Assembly: GCF_000253055.1 (NCBI RefSeq)
Contig: NC_016070.1
Location: 660,001-692,000 of the forward strand
Source of the DNA: Thermoproteus tenax Kra 1
GTDB taxonomy: Archaea > Thermoproteota > Thermoprotei > Thermoproteales > Thermoproteaceae
DNA length: 32,000 nt
Direction: 5' to 3'
The notes under the pieces were generated by a model. That model saw only the letters and a list, made by a program, of their open reading frames with translations. It made no database searches and was not told the DNA's origin. The position numbers and the translations under genes were made by a program. Below are positions 25,234 to 32,000 of the stretch, one piece after another. Numbering within the stretch: position 1 is the first letter of the stretch; every line of letters begins with the position of its first letter.

Positions 25234-26937
25234 CTAGTAGTCGACTTGCAACGGCTCCGGCGTCGTCACAGCGCCTTTATCCGCCTGCGAGACCAGAGAT
25301 GCGTACTTGGCTAAGAGCCCGCCGACATAGTTAGGCTTAGGCGGCAACCACCCCTTTCTGCGGCGTTCTAGCTCCTCCTCAGCTATATCAAGCTTGAGGA
25401 TCCCCGCATCTCCATCTATGATTATTCTATCCCCATCCTCAACCAGAGCTATTGGCCCTCCCACGGCGGCCTCTGGCGCCACGTGGCCCACCATTATGCC
25501 CCTCGTGGCGCCGGAAAATCTTCCATCTGTTACTAGAGCCACCGAATCGCCGAGACCTGCGCCCACGATGGCCGCGGTGACCTTCAACATCTCTGGCATG
25601 CCGGGAGCCCCCTTAGGTCCCTCGTATCTTATGACGACCACCTGGCCTGGCTTGATTTCGCCGTTGTAGACGGCCTTAAACGCCTCAGCCTCTCCGTTGA
25701 AGACAATGGCTTTACCCTCGAACTTCAATACGTCAGATGCGCCTATCTTCATCACTGCGCCGTTAGGGGCCAGATTGCCCCAGAGTATCCTAATCCCGCT
25801 ATGTGCTTTGTACGGCTTATCCAACTCGAATAGAATGCCCGTCTCGGGCACTGTTGGCGGTTGCCATTTTTCCAGTAGTTTCCCTAGCGTCTCTCCGTGC
25901 ACTGTCAAAACATCCCCCCTGAGGAGGCCGGCCTTGTATAGCTTTTTGAGCAAGCGCGGGACTCCGCCTATTCTGTCGAGGTCTTGCATAGCGTAGGGTC
26001 CGGCTGGTCTAAGAGCGGCTATTACAGGCACCCTTCTGCTTATCTCGTCGAAGTCCTTCAATGTGAACTTGACGCCAGCCTCGTGAGCTATCGCCAATAA
26101 GTGGAGGATCGCGTTAGTGGAACCTGCCGTCGCGAACAGAGTCACTGCCGCGTTATAAATAGCGTCGTAGGTCACTATATGTCGGGGCCTAATGCCGAGT
26201 TCGGCTATCTTCAGTAGAGCGCGACCAGACTCAACAGCGTAGGCTCTCCTGCGGCCAGTTGTCGCCGGGGGCGATGCAGAGCCCAACAGAGATAGGCCCA
26301 AGGCCTCGCCCAACATGGCCATCGTGTTGGCCGTGAAGAGACCCTGACAGGTCCCATAGGTCGGAAAGACTGAATACTCATAGCGTTTTAGATCCTCCTC
26401 AGTGATCTTGCCGGCGGCGTAAGCCCCGACTGCTTCAAACGCGTCTTCAACCGTCAGCTCGCGGTCGCCCAGCCATCCGGCCTCTGCCGATCCGCCATAG
26501 AGATATACGGCGGGTATGTTTAGCCGCACCATCGCCATCATGATGCCCGGCTGCGTCTTGTCGCATCCCCCTATTCCGACCCAACCGTCAACGCCGTGTG
26601 AGTTTATCTGAGCCTCGATGGAGTCCGCTATCAAGTCTCTGCTGATGAGGGAGTAGCGCATGCCCGGTGTGCCCATGTTGATGCCGTCGTTAACTACGAT
26701 AGTCGGCGCAGTCAGAGCTACTCCTCCTGCCTCCTTTACGCCCTCCTTAACGTATTTGGCGATCTCTAAGGTGTGATAGTTGCAAGGCCCTAGCTCGCTC
26801 CATGCGGCTACTACGGCCATCAGAGGCTTTGCAAAGTCTTCGTCTGAGAATCCTATGGCCCTTAGATATGATCTATGAGAGACGTTGTCGAGACCCTCGT
26901 ACCACTTAGGCGATCTGATCTTGATCTTTACGGACAT
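25234..26937 (-). CDS. ilvD: Dihydroxy-acid dehydratase (IlvD/Edd family)
   Basis: [26 protein letters not shown]; [19 protein letters not shown]; [23 protein letters not shown]; [28 protein letters not shown]. Confidence 0.92.
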   Translation of the reverse strand: MSVKIKIRSPKWYEGLDNVSHRSYLRAIGFSDEDFAKPLMAVVAAWSELGPCNYHTLEIAKYVKEGVKEAGGVALTAPTIVVNDGINMGTPGMRYSLISRDLIADSIEAQINSHGVDGWVGIGGCDKTQPGIMMAMVRLNIPAVYLYGGSAEAGWLGDRELTVEDAFEAVGAYAAGKITEEDLKRYEYSVFPTYGTCQGLFTANTMAMLGEALGLSLLGSASPPATTGRRRAYAVESGRALLKIAELGIRPRHIVTYDAIYNAAVTLFATAGSTNAILHLLAIAHEAGVKFTLKDFDEISRRVPVIAALRPAGPYAMQDLDRIGGVPRLLKKLYKAGLLRGDVLTVHGETLGKLLEKWQPPTVPETGILFELDKPYKAHSGIRILWGNLAPNGAVMKIGASDVLKFEGKAIVFNGEAEAFKAVYNGEIKPGQVVVIRYEGPKGAPGMPEMLKVTAAIVGAGLGDSVALVTDGRFSGATRGIMVGHVAPEAAVGGPIALVEDGDRIIIDGDAGILKLDIAEEELERRRKGWLPPKPNYVGGLLAKYASLVSQADKGAVTTPEPLQVDY

Positions 26938-26974
26938 AACGAGAGTTAATAGCTTGCTTATATATTGTAGTTTT

Positions 26975-27235
26975 GAAGTACGCCCCCTTAGCGGCGCCCG
27001 GCCCTAAAGGGCGGGGCTTCCTCCGCGCCTGCGCCTTCACCGATAGCCCGGCTGCCTCCGGCACAGGGTCATCGGGCATGGAGTCGAATGGGGGGCGGGC
27101 TGGAGGCTACAAAACGGACGTGCGGACGCCGCGTTCCGGCGTGCCTGGAGCAGGCCCTTGAGTCCTCCTGCGAGGAGTCGAGAGAAAATGAGGGATAAGC
27201 GCTTGCGTCCATCGAACATCTAGGGGCTTCCTCAG
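26975..27235 (-). mobile_element. Possible decayed IS200/IS605-type element (TnpB 3' end and right-end hairpin remnant)
   Basis: Minus strand GAGGAAGCCCCGCCCTTTAGGGCCGGGCG encodes ...[17 protein letters not shown] and forms a stem-loop with one mismatch, resembling TnpB C-termini and IS605 right ends. GGGGCTTCCTC recurs about 210 bp away (about 27013 and 27223). Confidence 0.35.
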
Positions 27236-27263
27236 TATTGGACTTATATAACTCGATATAGGC

Positions 27264-27692
27264 CTACTTTACGATAGTAGGCGCCGGCAAGCGCGGATCT
27301 ATTTCAAGGACCTTGTCACCGTAGCCGCATATCGAAGTGTCGTTTAGCGGCCTTGCTAGGACGCTCTTAGTCACCCTTGTGCCGGACACCCAGACTATCC
27401 TCAGAGGTATATACGTGTCGTGCATCCAGAAACACCATGTCGAATTCTCCCCGAAGAGGAAGACCATGCCTACGGCGCCAACGCCCCTCGGATCATAGCT
27501 GGTCGTGTTCATATACCCTCTCCTCTGCTTAGCAGGAGTGTCGGCTACATAAAATATGTAGGGGACCCCGTTGAGAGTCATCGTGGTGGTCTCCGCGAAG
27601 GGATTGTCCGAGCTCCGGCTCGTGAGCAGCGATGGTAAAGCAAGTAGGGCAAGGGCTATTAGAAGCACTATTATGTAAGTTCTAAACCGCAT
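27264..27692 (-). CDS. DUF192-family protein with N-terminal signal/TM
   Basis: FYVADTPAKQRRGYMNTTSYDPRGVGAVGMVFLFGENSTWCFWMHDTYIPLRIVWV. Confidence 0.88.
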   Translation of the reverse strand: MRFRTYIIVLLIALALLALPSLLTSRSSDNPFAETTTMTLNGVPYIFYVADTPAKQRRGYMNTTSYDPRGVGAVGMVFLFGENSTWCFWMHDTYIPLRIVWVSGTRVTKSVLARPLNDTSICGYGDKVLEIDPRLPAPTIVK

Positions 27693-28449
27693 GAGTTAGG
27701 TAGTCTATCCTGCCGCCGTCTACGACTAACAGCTGCCCCGTGATCATCCTGGCTTCCTCGGACGCCAAAAAGGCGACAGCCCTAGCTATGTCCTCGGGAG
27801 TCGCAAGCGATCTGAGCGCCGTCCTGTTTATGATGTCGGCCTTGGCCCTCTCCACCTCTTCGCGGCTCCTTCCTCTAGTGGTCAAGTCAGTCTCGATCCA
27901 GCTGGGGGCCACTGCGTTGACTCGTATGCCATATGGCGCCAGATCGTAGGCCAAGCGTTTCGTGAGCGCTATCACTGCCGCCTTGGTTATCGCATAAAAG
28001 GTAGTGTTTAATAACGCGGTTCCCAACCCGGCTATCGATGCTATGTTCACCACCGAGCCCTTTGACTTTTTGAGATAGGGCAGAGACTCGAGAGTCACAT
28101 ATATAGGCCCCTTGACATTGATAGCCCACATTCTATCGAACTTATATTCGTCATATTGCTCGAAGGGCATCAACTCCATAACTCCAGCGTTGTTTACCGC
28201 GATATCGATGCCTCCAAATGTTCTAGCTACTTCCTCGACCATTCTACGCACTTCCTCCCGCTTGGACACATCGGCCTTGAATATCTCTGCCCTTGAGCCG
28301 AGCTCCCTCTTTAGCGTCTCGGCGCCCTCACGCGAGGAATTATAGTTTATAGCGACATAGGCCCCCCTTCTACTGAGCTCTCTGGCTATAGCAGCGCCGA
28401 TACCCCGCGAGGCTCCCGTCACTAGGGCGACCTTTCCATCGAGGCTCAT
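27682..28449 (-). CDS. Short-chain dehydrogenase/reductase (FabG-like)
   Basis: SLDGKVALVTGASRGIGAAIARELSRRGA; NNAG; YAITKAAVIALTKRLAYDLAPYGIRVNAVAPSWIETDL. Start moved to ATG 28449. Confidence 0.95.
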   Translation of the reverse strand: MSLDGKVALVTGASRGIGAAIARELSRRGAYVAINYNSSREGAETLKRELGSRAEIFKADVSKREEVRRMVEEVARTFGGIDIAVNNAGVMELMPFEQYDEYKFDRMWAINVKGPIYVTLESLPYLKKSKGSVVNIASIAGLGTALLNTTFYAITKAAVIALTKRLAYDLAPYGIRVNAVAPSWIETDLTTRGRSREEVERAKADIINRTALRSLATPEDIARAVAFLASEEARMITGQLLVVDGGRIDYLTHAV

Positions 28450-28479
28450 TATCTTAATGCTTATTTCGACTTTAAAACT

Positions 28480-29772
28480 ATGGGGAGGAAATACCTTTTG
28501 GCGGCGGTCTCCACTATGTTGGTCTGGGGCCTTGAGTACTATGATATAATCATTTACGCCAGCTTGGCGCAAATATTCAGCTCCTTGTTCTTTCCGACAC
28601 AGTCGCAGCTCATGTCGGCGGTGGCCACGTGGGGAGCCTTTGCTACGACCTATGTGGTCAGGCCTCTGGGAGCCGTGCTCTTCGGCCATATAGGGGATAG
28701 ACATGGTAGAAGGACGGCTACTATATTAGACTCGGCCCTGGTGGGTCTGGCGGGCCTAGGCATTGGCGTGCTACCCACATACTCTACGATAGGTCTCGCC
28801 GCGCCTGTTATGCTCTATTTACTCAGGTCGCTACAGGGATTGGGGATTGGCGGTGAGGCGGGAGGCGGGGCTGTGTGGGCCCTAGAGCAGACGCCAGAGA
28901 AGTGGAGACCCTACGTCAACGGGCTGATGTACTCCGGTCTCTCGTGGGCAGTCTTCCTGGCCTCGGCTCTGACGTTGTGGATCAAGGAGCTATTCGGCGC
29001 CATGTTCGTCGAGATTGGCTGGCGGTTTCTTTACGTCATCGGCTTAGCCCCCGCCCTTTTGGCGCTACTGATAAGGATCGGCGGCGTTGAGAGCCCGGAG
29101 TGGCTTGAACGCGCCAGTTCTGGGAAAATACCTAAGATTCCGTTAACTGCAATAAAGAATTATTGGTATAATTTATTAATATTAATTTTAATAAATCTTG
29201 GTTTAACTTTGTATTACTATGGAGGCTCTGGCTACTGGGCCTATCTGTTGCCCAAGGTGATAGCTCCTAAACTCGGCCTCAGTACAGACGAGGCCTACAC
29301 CTTTTCTCTCGAGCTTTCCATGTACGGAGCTATCGGGGCCGTCGTAGGCGAGCTGCTTAGCGGAGCTTCGGTGGGCCTTTTCGGGCTGAGGCGCTCCTTC
29401 GTGTTGCCGTCTGCAGGCCTCCTCATCATAGCCCCCATAGCTACATACTATGCCTTCGCCCAAAGCCCGGCGGCCGCTCCTCTGTCCTTTACCATGGGCC
29501 TCCTCTTTGGCCTCGCCGCAGCTCCTCAGACTCTATACTTCGCTGAGCTGTTTCCGGTCGAGGTGAGGTGGACGGCGGTATCTCTGGGGTGGAACATCAA
29601 TGCCGTTGTGGGGCCGCTCGGGGCCTTGGCGACGTTGTTCCTCGTGTCGGTCTCGCCTCAGTCGCTGTTCAGCTTGACGTTGAGCGGATCGCTCGTAGGT
29701 ATTATAAGCGCTCTGGCCGTGATCGCGGGAGCGTCGCTGGAGCCAAGAGCTTTTAAACGTGGTGCTCCATAG
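28480..29772 (+). CDS. MFS transporter, metabolite:H+ symporter-like
   Basis: GLEYYDIIIYASLAQIFSSLFFP; RPLGAVLFGHIGDRHGRRTATI; LLRSLQGLGIGGEAGGGAVWALE. Confidence 0.9.
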   Translation: MGRKYLLAAVSTMLVWGLEYYDIIIYASLAQIFSSLFFPTQSQLMSAVATWGAFATTYVVRPLGAVLFGHIGDRHGRRTATILDSALVGLAGLGIGVLPTYSTIGLAAPVMLYLLRSLQGLGIGGEAGGGAVWALEQTPEKWRPYVNGLMYSGLSWAVFLASALTLWIKELFGAMFVEIGWRFLYVIGLAPALLALLIRIGGVESPEWLERASSGKIPKIPLTAIKNYWYNLLILILINLGLTLYYYGGSGYWAYLLPKVIAPKLGLSTDEAYTFSLELSMYGAIGAVVGELLSGASVGLFGLRRSFVLPSAGLLIIAPIATYYAFAQSPAAAPLSFTMGLLFGLAAAPQTLYFAELFPVEVRWTAVSLGWNINAVVGPLGALATLFLVSVSPQSLFSLTLSGSLVGIISALAVIAGASLEPRAFKRGAP

Positions 29773-29777
29773 ATTAA

Positions 29778-31124
29778 GTGAGAGAGGTTAAGAGGAAGTT
29801 CGGAGAGAGGTTCGTCGACGATCCAGCGCTCCTTTCTCTGTACTCCAGAGAGGCCTCCTTTGAGGAGCCGGCGGCTGGCCCGCTCGGCATAGTCTACCCC
29901 GTCAATGAAGAAGAGGTGGCATGGCTAGTTAAATGGGCCTACGAGAACGACATTACTCTGTACTCGCAGGGCTCTGCCACCAGTCTCTCGGGGAATACGA
30001 TACTGACTAAGCCAGGCTTGATCGTGAGCTTCGAGAAGATGGCCAATATAGTTGAGGTAAACCCGACCGATTCCTATACAGTGGTCCAGCCCGGGATCAG
30101 GATTGAGGAGCTCAACGTCGAATTGGCCAGATACGGTGTCTTCTTCCCGGTGGACCCCGGGTCCGTCAGATCGGCCACAATAGGGGGCGCCATAGCTAAT
30201 GGAGCCGGAGGCATGAGGGGGGCTAAATACGGCTCCATGCGGGACTGGGTCCTCGGAGTCAACGTAGTGACAGGTAGGGGCGATCTGCTCAAGCTGGGTT
30301 GCCGGACATTAAAGTGTAGAAACGGCTATGACTTAGTGAGGCTGATCGTGGGGAGCGAGGGCACCCTTGGCCTGGTCACGCAGGCCGTTTTGAGGGTCGC
30401 CCCTCTGCCTGAGTCGGCGGTGGCCGTGAGAGTGTATTACAACGATATCTCGTCGCTTGTGGAGGACGTCGTGAGGATAAAATCGGCGAGGATTTGGCCT
30501 CTGTTCGCCGAGTTTATGGGGCCTGCCGAGTCTGAGGAAGTCGGACTTAATAGAGCGTATACCCTCTTCGTCGGCGTAGACGTGAATAGGGGGGCTGAGG
30601 GGGGCATATTGGCTAGGCTGAAGTCTGCTCTCACAGGCCATATAGCGGATGAGGCGATAGGAATCGAGGAAGCCATGAGGCTCTTGGAGCCCAGAAGAAG
30701 GCTTTTCAGCGCTCAGGTATCCATCATGAGAAGACAGCTAGGGGATCAAGGCGTCCTCGTGATAGAGGATGTGGTTGTGCCGGTCTCGAAACTGCCAGAG
30801 GCCGTTAGGAGGATCGCCGAACTTGCACAAAAGTTAGAGGTGCCTCTATCTATCGGAGGCCATGTAGGTGATGGCAATCTCCATCCGACCACTTGGTTCA
30901 AGAGGGGCGATCTAGAGGGGGCAAAGAGAGCCAGGAGATTCATAGAGGGGCTCGGCAAAATTGCCGTCGAGCTCGGAGGAAGCGTCAGCGCAGAACACGG
31001 TATAGGCACTCTGAAGAGGGAGCTTCTGAGGCTTGAGCTGGAGCCCGCCGTCTTGGAGTATATGAGATCGCTGAAGGCGGTGTTCGACCCCAAGGGCATC
31101 CTAAACCCTGGGAAGATAATATAA
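29778..31124 (+). CDS. FAD-linked oxidase, GlcD/D-lactate dehydrogenase-like
   Basis: PVNEEEVAWLVKWAYENDITLYSQGSATSLSGN; GGAIANGAGGMRGAKYGSMRDWVLGVNVVTG; VGSEGTLGLVTQAVLRVAP; GGHVGDGNLHPTTWF; SAEHGIGTLKREL. Confidence 0.93.
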   Translation: MREVKRKFGERFVDDPALLSLYSREASFEEPAAGPLGIVYPVNEEEVAWLVKWAYENDITLYSQGSATSLSGNTILTKPGLIVSFEKMANIVEVNPTDSYTVVQPGIRIEELNVELARYGVFFPVDPGSVRSATIGGAIANGAGGMRGAKYGSMRDWVLGVNVVTGRGDLLKLGCRTLKCRNGYDLVRLIVGSEGTLGLVTQAVLRVAPLPESAVAVRVYYNDISSLVEDVVRIKSARIWPLFAEFMGPAESEEVGLNRAYTLFVGVDVNRGAEGGILARLKSALTGHIADEAIGIEEAMRLLEPRRRLFSAQVSIMRRQLGDQGVLVIEDVVVPVSKLPEAVRRIAELAQKLEVPLSIGGHVGDGNLHPTTWFKRGDLEGAKRARRFIEGLGKIAVELGGSVSAEHGIGTLKRELLRLELEPAVLEYMRSLKAVFDPKGILNPGKII

Positions 31125-32000
31125 TGGAGCGGTGGCAAGACCTCTTCGGGCGGGCCGCCCTCGGCGCTTTGACTAGGTCCGATTCGTATATACAGGGCTT
31201 TGAGTACATCAAGCTATTGGCCGAGAGGGTAAGAGAGGCGAGGCTGGAGGTTCTCCGTAATCTCGAGTACTACATAGACAAAACACTAAAGGCGGTAGAG
31301 AATCTAGGAGGCCACTCCTATGTCGCAAAGGACGCAGAAGAGGCCAGGAGGATCGTCGGAGATATAGTGGGCAAAGGCAAAGTGGTCGTCTTCGGCAAGT
31401 CTAACACGGCGCTTGAGGTCGGACTGAGAGAACATCTGGCGAAGTTAGGCAATGAAGTCTGGGAGACAGATCTAGGGGAGTTCATAGTACAGATAGGGGA
31501 GGACAAACCCTCCAATATGATAGCGCCCGCTCTACACCTAGACAGAAAAGACGTGGCGAGACTGTTTAAAGAGAGACTAAACTTGGATCTACCCGACGAT
31601 CCCTCTGCCTTAGCTTCAGCTGCCGGCGAATTCCTCAGACAGAAGTTCGTAAGGGCCGACGTAGGCGTGACCGGCGCCAACGCGATAGCGGCCGACACAG
31701 GCGCTGTAGTCAACGTAGAAAACGAGGGCAATATACGCAAGGCCACCATCCTACCCCCCGTCCACATAGTGGTGGCCGGCGTGGAGAAGATAGTCCCAAC
31801 TCTTCCGGACGCTATAAACCAGGCGATAGTCCAAGCGGCATATCACGGGCTTTATCCGCCGACGTATATAGAGATCTCGGCTGGTCCGTCGTCTACAGGC
31901 GATATAGAGTTGGTGCGCGTTAGACCGGCCCAAGGGCCAAGGGAGTTCCACCTGGTCCTCGTAGACAACGGGAGGAGGAAAGCCGCCGAGGATCCGGTCC
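31124..32000 (+). CDS. LutB-like LUD-domain protein (partial, runs off right edge)
   Basis: Manual translation from ATG 31124 (TAATG overlap): MERWQDLFGRAALGAL...VVVFGKSNTALEVGLREHL...ETDLGEFIVQIGEDKPSNMIAPALHLDRKDVARLF...VGVTGANAIAADTGAVVNVENEGNIRKATILPPVHIVVAGVEKIVPTL. Not in the ORF track because it is truncated. Confidence 0.9.
   Translation, partial: MERWQDLFGRAALGALTRSDSYIQGFEYIKLLAERVREARLEVLRNLEYYIDKTLKAVENLGGHSYVAKDAEEARRIVGDIVGKGKVVVFGKSNTALEVGLREHLAKLGNEVWETDLGEFIVQIGEDKPSNMIAPALHLDRKDVARLFKERLNLDLPDDPSALASAAGEFLRQKFVRADVGVTGANAIAADTGAVVNVENEGNIRKATILPPVHIVVAGVEKIVPTLPDAINQAIVQAAYHGLYPPTYIEISAGPSSTGDIELVRVRPAQGPREFHLVLVDNGRRKAAEDPV

Noticed and set aside
26973-27219. ORFs 26973-27161 (+) and 27037-27219 (-)
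   Set aside because: Low-complexity translations in a GC-rich hairpin-containing spacer; better explained as an element remnant or RNA than as intact genes.
28450-28704. N-terminal 85-aa extension of the SDR ORF
   Set aside because: Basic, non-SDR-like sequence antisense to the MFS gene; the SDR fold begins at ATG 28449 (MSLDGKVALVTGASRGIG).
1-32000. CRISPR arrays, tRNA/rRNA genes, defence islands, complete transposons
   Set aside because: Visual scan found no regularly spaced repeats, no convincing tRNA B-box (GGTTCRAAT)-type sequences, no rRNA-like stretches and no clustered defence genes. A tRNAscan-SE and repeat search would be decisive.

Overview
GC-rich window with very compact gene organisation: frequent ATGA/GTGA start-stop overlaps, and TATA-like boxes about 25 nt upstream of start codons, suggesting leaderless transcripts. 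This is consistent with a hyperthermophilic crenarchaeon of the Thermoproteales type (inference). Contents, left to right: LolD/MacB-type ABC ATPase (partial) and FtsX-like permease; divergent MMPL/RND exporter and HAD hydrolase; FAD/[2Fe-2S] oxidoreductase; PD-(D/E)XK nuclease-like protein; NfeD serine protease-stomatin pair; partial A-type ATP synthase cluster (D, K, C and a probable H stator subunit); KaiC-like ATPase; thymidylate kinase; near-complete histidine biosynthesis cluster (hisH G C I E D F B A); guaA; ArsB/NhaD-like permease; glycerate kinase and ilvD; DUF192 protein; SDR; MFS transporter; GlcD-type FAD oxidase; LutB/LUD protein running off the right edge. No CRISPR array, intact transposon, tRNA or rRNA was recognised. 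I found no clearly new large system. The most interesting signals are small: an unlisted 50-aa coiled-coil ORF upstream of atpK, a C/D-box sRNA candidate with exact terminal C and D boxes, an unlisted small membrane ORF, a decayed IS200/IS605 (TnpB 3' end)-like element, a 12-bp palindrome in the hisC/hisI promoter region, a very short hisF/hisB divergent promoter, and an NfeD protease that seems to lack the catalytic Lys.
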